A stretch of DNA of 64,000 nucleotides. Source: Bacilli bacterium (GTDB taxonomy: Bacteria > Bacillota_I > Bacilli_A > RF39 > UBA660). A model generated the notes under the pieces. That model was not told where the DNA came from and ran no database searches. It saw only the letters and a program-made list of their open reading frames with translations. Where the stretch lies: assembly GCA_017460745.1 (NCBI GenBank), contig JAFUAL010000014.1, positions 924-64,923 on the forward strand, read 5' to 3'. Positions within the stretch are counted from its first letter, which is position 1, and each line of letters starts with the position of its first letter. A program made the translations under genes and the position numbers. This document shows positions 11,563-21,312 of the stretch, piece by piece.

Positions 11563-12201
11563 ATGAAAAAACAATTTAAAACAATTATTATAATTTTTTT
11601 AGTATTATTAATGGGAACATATGTAAATGTTGAGGCTAAAACTAAAACATTAACTGGTATCGTATTAAATAATAATGTTGATGTAAAAAGTGATACTTCA
11701 AAATCATCTAAGAAGATTTATACATTAAGTCAAGGAACAAATGTAAAGGTAAAAGAAACATCAGGTAGTTATTATATATTAGAAGGCAAAGGACAAGTTG
11801 GTTATGTTAAAAAAAGCTCTATTGCTTTAACATATATTTTAGTCGATATAAGCGATCAAAAATTATATGTATATAATGATGGTGTAAAAAAATGGAGTGC
11901 TAATGTTGTAACTGGTACTAAGGGTGTTAATGATACACCTAAAGGACATTATACATTAAAAAGAAGTAATTTTAAAAAAGATACTTATTTAATGGGTAAT
12001 TCACACGTTGATTATTGGATGCCATTTATAACAAGCAGAGGAATAGGATTTCATGATGCTTCATGGAGAAGTTCATCAAATTTCAAGAAAAGTACATATT
12101 TAAAACATGGTAGTCATGGATGTGTTAATATGAAAACAAAAGATGCTAAAAAATTATATGAAACTGCACCAAGTAGTGTGGATGTTATAGTAAGACAATA
12201 A
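11563..12201 (+). CDS. L,D-transpeptidase (YkuD fold) with N-terminal signal peptide and SH3b-like domain
   Basis: HGSHGCVNM is the catalytic Cys motif. The SH3_3-like region is GTNVKVKETSGSYYILEGKGQVGYV. Confidence 0.8.
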   Translation: MKKQFKTIIIIFLVLLMGTYVNVEAKTKTLTGIVLNNNVDVKSDTSKSSKKIYTLSQGTNVKVKETSGSYYILEGKGQVGYVKKSSIALTYILVDISDQKLYVYNDGVKKWSANVVTGTKGVNDTPKGHYTLKRSNFKKDTYLMGNSHVDYWMPFITSRGIGFHDASWRSSSNFKKSTYLKHGSHGCVNMKTKDAKKLYETAPSSVDVIVRQ

Positions 12202-12454
12202 GTTATAAATATAAAGATATTATTTAATGAGTTTAATTACAATTGTAGTTAAACTTTTATTATTAAAAAATGTAATAATATTAAGAAATAGAATAATTTT
12301 TTTGAATCAAAAAATAAACTTAATTGTATTTTTTTGAGTTTACATAATTTACATGTCATTTACAAAATGTGTTTGACTTATTATTTGAAGTTTGTTATCA
12401 TAGACAATGTGCATAAAAAAATAAAGCACATTTAAGAGGTGTAAAAACATAAAT

Positions 12455-13363
12455 ATGAATACAAAAAAAAGATTAAATTGTTATGTATTTAGCAATTTAA
12501 TAATTAGTTTTCTAACACTTAATTTGTTAACTACAACATCAACTACAAATTTAATAAAAAAGACATCTAATAATGTTTTAAACAAGATTTATGAAAAAGG
12601 AAATGTAGAAGTTTCAGCAGTTGCAGATACATTTATAAGCAGTGAAAAAACAAGTAATGTAATAATGATTAGTAATAAAGTCGTTCAAAGTGGAAATGTT
12701 TTAGAATATGTTCGACCAAGTTATAATAGTTTAACAGGAAATAATTTAGTAAACTATGCTTTAAAATTTATTGGACTTCGATATGTTTCAGCTGGAAGAT
12801 CACTTGCAACAGGAACGGATTGCAGTGGGTTTACTAGTTTAATTTATCAAGAATTTGGTATTACTTTAGGACCAACGGTTGCAAGTCAACTCTATAGTGG
12901 AACATATGTTGCTAAAAATGATTTACAACCTGGTGACTTAATATTTTATAGTTATGGAACAACTGCAAGTCATGTTGCATTATACATAGGAAATGGTCAA
13001 ATCATTCATGAATCTAATCCAAGAGATGGTGTAAAGATTAGTACAATGAATATAATGAATTATATAACTGCAAGAAGATTAATAACGACATATGTAGTAG
13101 TTAGTAATCAAAAAGTAAATGAGCAAGTAGTAGAGGTTGTTGATGAAGTCGTAGTTCCTGATTCTAATAATCAAGAAGTAGAAGAGATAGTAAATAATGA
13201 AGAAGTAGTAGTTGAAGTTAATAATACAGAGGAGACTTTAATTACAGAAGATAATAGCACTGATGAAAATAATAATAGTAATGAATTAGTTGAAGAAGTA
13301 GAAAGTGTGTTAGAAACAAATTTAGAAAATTCAGTTGAAGTTGAAAATACTGACGATGAATAA
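12455..13363 (+). CDS. NlpC/P60-family peptidoglycan endopeptidase with an acidic low-complexity C-terminal tail
   Basis: DCSGFTSLIYQEFGI is the catalytic Cys, followed by HVALYIG and IHES. The C-terminal ~90 aa are E/V/N-rich. An upstream promoter TTGACT-17-TATCAT lies at ~12376-12404. Confidence 0.8.
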   Translation: MNTKKRLNCYVFSNLIISFLTLNLLTTTSTTNLIKKTSNNVLNKIYEKGNVEVSAVADTFISSEKTSNVIMISNKVVQSGNVLEYVRPSYNSLTGNNLVNYALKFIGLRYVSAGRSLATGTDCSGFTSLIYQEFGITLGPTVASQLYSGTYVAKNDLQPGDLIFYSYGTTASHVALYIGNGQIIHESNPRDGVKISTMNIMNYITARRLITTYVVVSNQKVNEQVVEVVDEVVVPDSNNQEVEEIVNNEEVVVEVNNTEETLITEDNSTDENNNSNELVEEVESVLETNLENSVEVENTDDE

Positions 13364-13422
13364 AAAAATAAATTTGGGTATTGTAAAATATAAAAAAATA
13401 TTATATAATATCCTTGTTATTT

Positions 13423-13499
13423 GTTCCAGTAGCTCAGCTGGATAGAGCATCGCCCTTCTAAGGCGAGTGTCAGGGGTTCGAATCCCTTCTGGAACACCA
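13423..13499 (+). tRNA. tRNA-Arg (anticodon TCT), CCA encoded
   Basis: Cloverleaf: acceptor GTTCCAG/CTGGAAC, D-arm GCTC...GAGC, anticodon stem TCGCC/GGCGA with loop CTTCTAA, T-arm AGGGG-TTCGAAT-CCCTT, discriminator A, then CCA. Confidence 0.9.
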
Positions 13500-13510
13500 T
13501 ATTATGATTA

Positions 13511-13537
13511 AAAAAGTCTTGTTTAAGACTTTTTTTA
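13511..13537 (+). terminator. Intrinsic terminator after tRNA-Arg
   Basis: aaaaagtctt-gttt-aagacttttt hairpin followed by a T run. Confidence 0.7.
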
Positions 13538-13583
13538 ATAAAAATATTTACAAATGAATAATTTTGATATATAATATATGTGT

Positions 13584-13661
13584 ATTTAGTTCTTGATGAA
13601 CAACTGTGTGGTTGTGGTGGTAGTCATCTATACGGTTGTTCATCAAGGACTAAATTTTTTT
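13584..13661 (+). other. Long-loop hairpin (21-bp stem, 30-nt GT-rich loop, U-tract) between the tRNA and the SufU-like gene
   Basis: The arm atttagttcttgatgaacaac (13584-13604) pairs with gttgttcatcaaggactaaat (13635-13655) with one G-U pair. A T7 run follows. Confidence 0.5.
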
Positions 13662-13740
13662 ATTACTTTTGTTTAAATAAAATAATTTGTAACTTTATAA
13701 AAAAAGTATTATAATGATTACGGAGGTTTGACGGATAATA

Positions 13741-14169
13741 ATGGATAATAATTTGAAAAGAGAGATAATAATAGATAACTATGAAAATCCATATCATCAT
13801 GCGATGATTGATGATTTAGAATATATAAAAGCTAATACTCATAATGAATCTTGTATTGATAATATAGATTTATATGTAAAAATTGATGGTGATAAAATAG
13901 TTGATGCATATTTTTCAGGTGAAGCCTGTGCTATTACAACAAGTGCAACAAGTATTATGTTAAAAAAAATAATTGGTTTAAAGATAGAAGAAGCAAGAAC
14001 TTTAATGCAAGAATATTATAATATGATAGAAGAAAAAGAATATAATAAAGAGTTACTAGGAGAATTGAATGCATATTATGATATAGGACATCAAGCTAGC
14101 AGAATAAAATGTGCAACTTTACCATTTGAAACATTGAAAAAAGTAGTAAATGTATATGAAGGAGAGTAG
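13741..14169 (+). CDS. sufU: Fe-S cluster assembly scaffold/sulfur-transfer protein SufU (NifU N-terminal family)
   Basis: IIDNYENPYHH, GEACAITTSATS and the conserved C-terminal Cys (IKCATLPFE) are present. ~140 aa. Confidence 0.7.
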   Translation: MDNNLKREIIIDNYENPYHHAMIDDLEYIKANTHNESCIDNIDLYVKIDGDKIVDAYFSGEACAITTSATSIMLKKIIGLKIEEARTLMQEYYNMIEEKEYNKELLGELNAYYDIGHQASRIKCATLPFETLKKVVNVYEGE

Positions 14170-14170
14170 T

Positions 14171-14812
14171 ATGCAAAATAAAGATTTATTTATAGAAGGA
14201 AAAAGTATTGCAGATAGTTATATAAAAAAATATAAATACCCATTTGAAGTTTTGCCAAATATATCTGATATTATTATGGATATAGGAAAAAATCTTGATG
14301 ATAACTATGAAAAAATTGGAGATAATATTTGGATTGAAAAAAGAGTTAAATTACCTGCATTTTATACTATTATTGGACCATGTATTATTGATAGTGATGC
14401 TGAAATTAGACCAAGTGCATTTATAAGAGGTAATGTTATAATAGGAAAAGGTTCGGTTTTAGGTAATTCCTGTGAGGTTAAAAATTCTATTATTTATGAT
14501 AATGTAGAAGTACCACATTTTAATTATGTAGGAGATTCTATTTTAGGATATAAATCTCATATGGGAGCCGGTAGTATTACATCTAATTTGAAAAGTACTA
14601 AGACAAATGTAGTTATTAATGATATTGAAACTAAATTAAGAAAAGTTGGGGCCTTTTTAGGAGATTATGCTGAAGTTGGTTGTAATGCTGTTTTAAATCC
14701 TGGAACAGTAGTTGGACGCAACACAATTATCTATCCTTTAACTATGGTTCGTGGAGTAATACCAGAAAATAAAATTGTTAAGAGTATGGATAATATAGTA
14801 GAAAGAAGGTAA
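14171..14812 (+). CDS. Left-handed beta-helix (hexapeptide-repeat) acyl/acetyltransferase, GlmU C-terminal-domain-like
   Basis: Repeating [LIV]-G-x-x-x-x-[LIV] hexapeptides (IIGKGSVLGNSCEV, VGCNAVLNPGTVVG). Stand-alone 213 aa, immediately upstream of glmM. Confidence 0.5.
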   Translation: MQNKDLFIEGKSIADSYIKKYKYPFEVLPNISDIIMDIGKNLDDNYEKIGDNIWIEKRVKLPAFYTIIGPCIIDSDAEIRPSAFIRGNVIIGKGSVLGNSCEVKNSIIYDNVEVPHFNYVGDSILGYKSHMGAGSITSNLKSTKTNVVINDIETKLRKVGAFLGDYAEVGCNAVLNPGTVVGRNTIIYPLTMVRGVIPENKIVKSMDNIVERR

Positions 14813-14814
14813 AT

Positions 14815-16137
14815 ATGAAGTTATTTGGAACAGATGGAGTAAGAGGACTTGTAAATTTAGAACTTGATAGTTTACTTGCTTTAAAGCTTGGGGCAAGTGT
14901 TGCTCATATTCTAAAAAAAGAATTAAACAAAGATAAATTAACTTTCTTAATAGGAAGTGATACAAGAATATCTGCTGATATGTTAAAATCAAGTGTTATA
15001 TCAGGTTTTTTAAGTGAAGGATGCAATATAATTGATACTGGAATAATTCCAACTCCAGCCATTTCTTATTTAATTACTAAATATAATTTAGATGGAGGAT
15101 TTGTTATAAGTGCTAGTCATAATCCAGTAGAGTATAATGGGATAAAGGTATTTAATAGTAAAGGTTATAAATTAGATGATGTTGTAGAAGAAAAAATAGA
15201 AGATTATTTATTAAATGAATTTGAGCTTAATAAAAATATAAATGAAGTAGGAATTACCGAAGAAAAAGATTTAAAAAGTGATTATGTAGAGTTTTTACTT
15301 AGTACAATCGATTCGAAAAAGATGCCATTTAAAGTCGTAATTGATGTTGCCAATGGTGCATCATATAAAACAGCTGAAATGTTATTTTCAAGACTTGATA
15401 TAGATTATAAAATTATTCATAATGAAGTAGATGGATATAATATTAATAATAATTCAGGTTCAACACATATGGATATTTTAAAAGAAACAGTAATAAATGA
15501 AAAATATGATTTAGGTATAGCCTTTGACGGAGATGCTGATAGATGTTTATTTGTTGATGATAATGGAGAAATAGTTGATGGTGATTATGTTTTAGCAATT
15601 GCATCTAAGTATTTAGGTCTAAATAAAATTGTTGGAACTATTATGTCAAATCTTGGACTTATTAAATATGCAAAGGAAAATAATATTGATTTTGTTCAAA
15701 CTAAAGTTGGGGATAGATACGTATTAGAAGAAATGCTTAAAAATAATCAACTTGTTGGTGGAGAACAAAGTGGTCATATTATATTTAAAAAATATTTGAA
15801 TACTGGAGATGGAGAACTTACAGCTTTACAAATATTAAATATTATGACTAAAGAAAATAAGAAATTATCAGAATTAAAACAGATTATGAAAAAATATCCT
15901 CAAGTACTTGTTAATTTAGAAGTAACTAAAGAACAAAAAGATGGATTTGATTCTAATGAAGATATAAATAATTTAATTAAAGAATATGAAAGAAAATTAG
16001 AAAACAATGGTCGAATTGTAGTTAGAAAAAGTGGAACTGAAAATTTAATTCGTATAATGATAGAAGGTACGAGTATCGAAGAAATTAATGGATTAGCAAT
16101 CTCACTTAAGACAGAAATTGAAGAGTTGATTAATTAA
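14815..16137 (+). CDS. glmM: Phosphoglucosamine mutase
   Basis: MKLFGTDGVRG N-terminus and the SASHNP phosphoserine motif. 440 aa. Confidence 0.95.
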   Translation: MKLFGTDGVRGLVNLELDSLLALKLGASVAHILKKELNKDKLTFLIGSDTRISADMLKSSVISGFLSEGCNIIDTGIIPTPAISYLITKYNLDGGFVISASHNPVEYNGIKVFNSKGYKLDDVVEEKIEDYLLNEFELNKNINEVGITEEKDLKSDYVEFLLSTIDSKKMPFKVVIDVANGASYKTAEMLFSRLDIDYKIIHNEVDGYNINNNSGSTHMDILKETVINEKYDLGIAFDGDADRCLFVDDNGEIVDGDYVLAIASKYLGLNKIVGTIMSNLGLIKYAKENNIDFVQTKVGDRYVLEEMLKNNQLVGGEQSGHIIFKKYLNTGDGELTALQILNIMTKENKKLSELKQIMKKYPQVLVNLEVTKEQKDGFDSNEDINNLIKEYERKLENNGRIVVRKSGTENLIRIMIEGTSIEEINGLAISLKTEIEELIN

Positions 16138-16185
16138 TAAAAGTATTGTATAATACATATATCTTATTAATAATAAGGAGGAGTT

Positions 16186-16668
16186 ATGAAATATTTTAGA
16201 AAGAATAAATATACAATATTTGCTTTAGTAATTTTAATCATTTTAGTATTTGTTGGTATTAAATTTAAAAATATATTTGTACCAGATGAAGGAAAAGCAT
16301 CATATGGTACTAGGTTGTCAGGAATTGAAAATCATAAAATCGACGATGCAGATTTAAAAGAAATTGGAACTAAACTTAAAGAGGATGAAAAAGTATTAGA
16401 TTTTGAATATAAAATACATGGTAAAATAATTAATCTAATTATAACTGTAAGTGATGATATGAGTGTCGAAGATGCTAAAGCTAAGGCAAATAGCACGATA
16501 TCTTTATTTACAAACGGTGAATTGTCTTTTTATTCATTACAAGTTTATGTTAAGAAAAATGATTCTAAATTAAATAATTTTCCAATTGTTGGTTATAAAG
16601 GAACTGATGCAAAGGAATTAGTATTTTCAAAGGATAGAGAAATAACAGAGAATACTGAGGGTGAATAA
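16186..16668 (+). CDS. Hypothetical membrane-anchored protein
   Basis: 160 aa with an N-terminal TM segment and a good RBS (AGGAGGAG). No recognisable domain. Confidence 0.4.
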   Translation: MKYFRKNKYTIFALVILIILVFVGIKFKNIFVPDEGKASYGTRLSGIENHKIDDADLKEIGTKLKEDEKVLDFEYKIHGKIINLIITVSDDMSVEDAKAKANSTISLFTNGELSFYSLQVYVKKNDSKLNNFPIVGYKGTDAKELVFSKDREITENTEGE

Positions 16669-16670
16669 AA

Positions 16671-18722
16671 ATGAAAAATAAAAAGTTAATAACATTTATT
16701 ATTGTAATTGCTATTCTTTTGTTTATAGGACTCTTCTTTGTATATTACTATCATGAATCAAGTTTACTCGATTCCAACGATAAAAAATGGATAAGCGATA
16801 ATGGTAAAAAAATAATAGATATAGAAGTATTTAATGATGTAGCAGTTTTTGGACTTGATGGAAATGGAGTGGTATTTGATTTTTTAAGTTATGTAACAGA
16901 TGAGACAGAATTACAATTTAATAAAAAGCCATACTCAAAAGAAGTTGGTCCAACTACTAATTCCTATAGAATAGAAATGGTTGATGGATCATCTTCCATT
17001 GATTCTAATAGATTATTAATGTATGAAGATAATTATGTTGCAATTTCTAAAAAAGAAACAAAAATAAATAAGTTAAGTGATTTTTCAGGTTATACATTGG
17101 GAGTGCTTAAAAGTGATGAATCAAATATAAACTATTATTTAAAACATGTTGATAATTTAAAATGTTCTTCTTATGATGACTTTGCTTCTTTATTTAATGC
17201 ACTAGATAATGATGAAATAAATTTTGTTGTAGCATCTAATATAATGACTCTTGATAAGACAATAAATGGCAAATACCTTATTAATTATTTTTTCACGGAT
17301 ATAAAAAAGGATATTGTTGTTACACTTGATACTAGCAATCAAAATAATGCATCTTTAAATACAATTTTAACAAAATACTTTAATAATTTTATGAAAGAGT
17401 ATTATGTTTCGAATTATAATAAATTATTACTTAATTATTATATAAGTGAAAATAATATAAATGATAAAACTAGAACTGATCTTTTAAGTAAAACTTATGT
17501 ATATGGATATGTTGAAAATACTCCTTATGAAGTTACAAATGGTTCTAAATTAAATGGAATAAGTGCCGAATATATAAATAGAGTAATAAGACTTACAGAT
17601 ATTGATTTTACTTATAAAAAGTACAACAATATTGATGATTTAAATAAAGCAATAAGTAAAGGAGAAGTAGATATCTATTTTGACTATATTGATAATCAAA
17701 ATAATAAATATTTAAAATCAACATCACCTTTTATAGAAAATTTTGTAGTTCTTGGAAAAGTTAAAGATAATTATATTGTATCATCTCTTGAAGGTTTGAA
17801 GGGAATGAACGTATCACTTTTATTTAATAATAAATATCTTGTTAATTATATAAAAAATAGTACAATGTCTAATGTTAAAACTTATAATAATATTAAAGAA
17901 TTAGTAAAAAAATCAAGTAATGAGGCTAGTATATTAGTTCTTGATAAGGAAGTTTATACATATTATAAGAATAAAGAATTAAAAGATTATGAAGTATTAT
18001 TTAGTGATATCATGACAACAGATTATTCTTTTATGATAAAAAGTGATAATGAATCATTTTATAAATTATTTAATTATATAATTAATACAAATTCATATTA
18101 TAAATATCGTAATAATGGATTTAATAATTTAAATGTTTCACCACTTAAAACATCAAGTTTTGAAGAGACTTATTTACTTATTTTAGGAATTATTTTAATA
18201 CCAATTATAATAGGAGCTCTTGTAATTACCTATATCAAAAATCGTCATAAACTAAAATTAGTAAAGAAAGAAGATAGAAAAAAATATACTGATATGTTAA
18301 CTTCTCTTAAAAATAGAAATTATTTAAATTTACAAATAGACAATTGGAATGCAAGTCGAGTATATCCTCAGTCAATTGTAGTAGTAGATATTAATAATTT
18401 AAAATTTATTAATGATAGTTATGGAAGAGAAAAAGGAGATAACTTAATTGTTAGAACTGCTAGTATTCTTGTAAATACTCAACTTGAGAACAGTGAAATT
18501 ATAAGAACTGATGGAACAGAATTTATTATTTATTTAGTTGGGTATACAGAAAATCAAATAGAAATATATACTAAAAAACTTCGTAAAGAATTAACACTTC
18601 TTCCATATGGATATGGTGCATCAGTTGGATTTAGTATGATATTTGATAATATTAAAACAATAGATGATGCAATAAGTGAAGCTTTAATTGATATGCAAAG
18701 TGATAAGGATAGTTATAGATAA
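16671..18722 (+). CDS. Membrane sensor protein: periplasmic solute-binding-like domains, a TM segment, and a degenerate GGDEF domain
   Basis: N-terminal TM, a ~480-aa extracytoplasmic region and a second TM (LLILGIILIPIIIGALVITYI). The C-terminal GGDEF fold (LTSLKNRNYL...VDINNLKFINDSYGREKGDNLI...) carries RTDGTEF in place of the GG(D/E)EF active site. Confidence 0.65.
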   Translation: MKNKKLITFIIVIAILLFIGLFFVYYYHESSLLDSNDKKWISDNGKKIIDIEVFNDVAVFGLDGNGVVFDFLSYVTDETELQFNKKPYSKEVGPTTNSYRIEMVDGSSSIDSNRLLMYEDNYVAISKKETKINKLSDFSGYTLGVLKSDESNINYYLKHVDNLKCSSYDDFASLFNALDNDEINFVVASNIMTLDKTINGKYLINYFFTDIKKDIVVTLDTSNQNNASLNTILTKYFNNFMKEYYVSNYNKLLLNYYISENNINDKTRTDLLSKTYVYGYVENTPYEVTNGSKLNGISAEYINRVIRLTDIDFTYKKYNNIDDLNKAISKGEVDIYFDYIDNQNNKYLKSTSPFIENFVVLGKVKDNYIVSSLEGLKGMNVSLLFNNKYLVNYIKNSTMSNVKTYNNIKELVKKSSNEASILVLDKEVYTYYKNKELKDYEVLFSDIMTTDYSFMIKSDNESFYKLFNYIINTNSYYKYRNNGFNNLNVSPLKTSSFEETYLLILGIILIPIIIGALVITYIKNRHKLKLVKKEDRKKYTDMLTSLKNRNYLNLQIDNWNASRVYPQSIVVVDINNLKFINDSYGREKGDNLIVRTASILVNTQLENSEIIRTDGTEFIIYLVGYTENQIEIYTKKLRKELTLLPYGYGASVGFSMIFDNIKTIDDAISEALIDMQSDKDSYR

Positions 18723-18724
18723 CT

Positions 18725-19528
18725 ATGATAAAAGAATATCTAAAAAAGAATTTAAATATAAATGTAGTAAAGATAAATGAAATGGAGATTCTTCCAGGAC
18801 ATTTATCTTTCTATTTAATATTTATGATTATTCCAATTATATCTTTTATTGGACTTATTGGAAGTCAAATTAACTTAAACTTAGGAACAATTCTAATAAA
18901 TAAAAATATTCCTAAAGCAGTTGCGTCTTTAATTCAAGAAATAAATATAAATTCTAGTAATATGAATATCTTAATTTTTACTATTTTAAGTTTATGGTTA
19001 GCATCTCGTGGTACTAAGGCTATTATTATATCAAGTAATTTATTGTTTAAAATCAAAGAAGATGATAATTTAAAAATAAGAATTAAATCACTTGTTGTAA
19101 CCGTAATATTATTTATTTTAATAGGATTTATGATAATAGTACCAGTTTTAGGTGATTTAATCATTAATTATTTAAGTAGTATAATGACAAATAGTAGTAT
19201 TATAAATTTTATGAACAGTTTTTATGATTTATTAAAATATCCAATTTCTGTAGTTTTAATATTTTTCTTAGTGAAAGTTTTATATACTATTTCACCAACT
19301 GTTAAAATAGAAAGCAAATATATGAATAAAGGATCTTTTTTTACAACAGTAATGTGGCTCTTATCATCAAGAATTTATTCATTTTATTTAAATAATTTTA
19401 ATCATTATAATTTGTATTACGGTAATATGTCGAACATATTAATACTTTTAGTTTGGGTATATTTAATTTCTTATATTTTTGTTATTGGAATGAGTATCAA
19501 TGCCAATAGTTATTTAAATAGAAAATAA
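18725..19528 (+). CDS. yihY: YihY/BrkB-family polytopic membrane protein
   Basis: 267 aa with 6 TM segments and the family-typical layout. Confidence 0.55.
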   Translation: MIKEYLKKNLNINVVKINEMEILPGHLSFYLIFMIIPIISFIGLIGSQINLNLGTILINKNIPKAVASLIQEININSSNMNILIFTILSLWLASRGTKAIIISSNLLFKIKEDDNLKIRIKSLVVTVILFILIGFMIIVPVLGDLIINYLSSIMTNSSIINFMNSFYDLLKYPISVVLIFFLVKVLYTISPTVKIESKYMNKGSFFTTVMWLLSSRIYSFYLNNFNHYNLYYGNMSNILILLVWVYLISYIFVIGMSINANSYLNRK

Positions 19529-19616
19529 TATCAGAGTTTGATATTATTTTTTTAACTTTGATTTGCAAATATAATATTTCTATGTTATGATATGCTTGTT
19601 TTTAGGGGGAATATGC

Positions 19617-20423
19617 ATGAATTTATTAGTTTTAATTGTTGAATTATTACTTAGTTCTATTTTGTTTTTATTAATGAACTATCTAAGTGATAATAAATTA
19701 AATAGAATAGATACTATTATTATTCCAAATATTAGTATGATTTTACTTGCTTGTATTTTTACTAAATTAAAAGATTTTATGATTTTATTTCTTATTTTTT
19801 ATTTAGTTATTGATTTTATATATGTTTTTTTAATTAGTAAAAAATCACTTTTAATAAATAATAAAAATTATTATTTAAATAGTATTATTACTTTAATAAT
19901 TGGAATTATAATTTATCAATTCTTTTTATTAAAAGTAGAATATGCTTATGTTGATATGGAAGTATTTAAAAACTTTATATGGGTACTTATAATATTTTAT
20001 TTTTATAATAAATTAAATATTAAAAGTATTAAATTAGATAAGTTAGATAATGATAATTACTTAGAGTATTATAAAGAATTTGTTGTTTTAAATTATGCTA
20101 GATTAAAGAATAAATATAATTATTTAATAAAAACAAATATAGATATAGAAAATGTATTATATAGTATTTTAATATATGAAACTTATAAGAAAAATAAAAA
20201 TATTATTTATTTAATAAAAGATAGATTTAATAAGAAAAATAATTTATTTGATAATGATAAAACCATAGAAGAAAATATTGTATTTTTAAAAGATAAATTA
20301 GAAGCAAAATATAAAAGAGTTAAAAATAATAAATTAGAAAGTATTATAAAAGATAATTATAAAGATATAAATGATTATAATGAAATATTAAAAATAATGG
20401 ATATAATAAAGGAATTTAAATAA
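19617..20423 (+). CDS. Hypothetical membrane protein with a lysine-rich soluble C-terminal domain
   Basis: ORF with RBS AGGGGGA and ATG at 19617. Four N-terminal TM helices. Confidence 0.4.
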   Translation: MNLLVLIVELLLSSILFLLMNYLSDNKLNRIDTIIIPNISMILLACIFTKLKDFMILFLIFYLVIDFIYVFLISKKSLLINNKNYYLNSIITLIIGIIIYQFFLLKVEYAYVDMEVFKNFIWVLIIFYFYNKLNIKSIKLDKLDNDNYLEYYKEFVVLNYARLKNKYNYLIKTNIDIENVLYSILIYETYKKNKNIIYLIKDRFNKKNNLFDNDKTIEENIVFLKDKLEAKYKRVKNNKLESIIKDNYKDINDYNEILKIMDIIKEFK

Positions 20424-20499
20424 AATAAATTCTTTTTTTTTATAAAATCTTTAATATTTTTTCTAAATAGTTTATAATTGTTATAAGGAAGGTAATATT

Positions 20500-20934
20500 A
20501 TGGAAAATAATTATAATAATGAAGAAAACAAAGTACAACAAAATGTAAATACATTTAATGCGAGCGAACAAGCTGAAAAATTTAATCAAGCAATGGGTGT
20601 AAATACTGAAAAAAAGTCTAAAGTTAATTTGGATAATAGTACCATAATGGGAATTCTTTCATATATAGGACTTTTGGCTTTGATTCCTTATTTTAAAGAA
20701 AAAGAAGATTCGTTTGTCATATTTCATGCTAAACAAGGAATGAATTTACTTATTCTAGAAATTATTGCATATTATGCTGCTTCATTACTTGAAAGATTTT
20801 TGCGTATGCCTGGATTCTTTACTGCTCTTATTGAAATAGGAAGTATTATATTATCAGTTTTAGGAATTGTTAATGTTATTCATAAAGAAACTAAAGAGTT
20901 ACCACTTATTAATCAAGTTAAAATAATTAAATAA
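20500..20934 (+). CDS. DUF4870-like small membrane protein
   Basis: The GILSYIGLLALIPYF...FHAKQGMNLLILEII pattern is typical of DUF4870. Confidence 0.45.
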   Translation: MENNYNNEENKVQQNVNTFNASEQAEKFNQAMGVNTEKKSKVNLDNSTIMGILSYIGLLALIPYFKEKEDSFVIFHAKQGMNLLILEIIAYYAASLLERFLRMPGFFTALIEIGSIILSVLGIVNVIHKETKELPLINQVKIIK

Positions 20935-21009
20935 AAAAACTTATCTTTTGATAAAGTTTTTTTTGCTTTTCAGCAGTTATTGTTATATAATACATATAGG
21001 TTTGGAGGG

Positions 21010-21312
21010 ATGAGTGTGGATAAATTAAGTAGGGAAGAAGTATTACACGTTCTTGATTTGGCAAGACTTAATGCGAGTGATGAAGAAATAGAAAAATATC
21101 GAGTAGAATTAAAACAAATGATTACTGAAATAGATAAGATAAAAGATATAAATGATTTTGATAGTGATTATTTAATTGCACCTTGGAGTAATGAAAGCAC
21201 TTTAAGAGATAATGGAAGTATTTTAATTAGTAAAGATAATGTTTTAAAAAATGTTCCAAATAAAAAGGGTAATTTTGTATCACTTGATGTGGAGGTTTTA
21301 AAAGATGAGTAA
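21010..21312 (+). CDS. gatC: Asp/Glu-tRNA amidotransferase subunit C
   Basis: SREEVLHVLDLARLNASDEEIEKY is typical of GatC. The gene is immediately followed by an overlapping gatA. Start is uncertain (ATG 21010 or GTG 21016). Confidence 0.8.
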   Translation: MSVDKLSREEVLHVLDLARLNASDEEIEKYRVELKQMITEIDKIKDINDFDSDYLIAPWSNESTLRDNGSILISKDNVLKNVPNKKGNFVSLDVEVLKDE

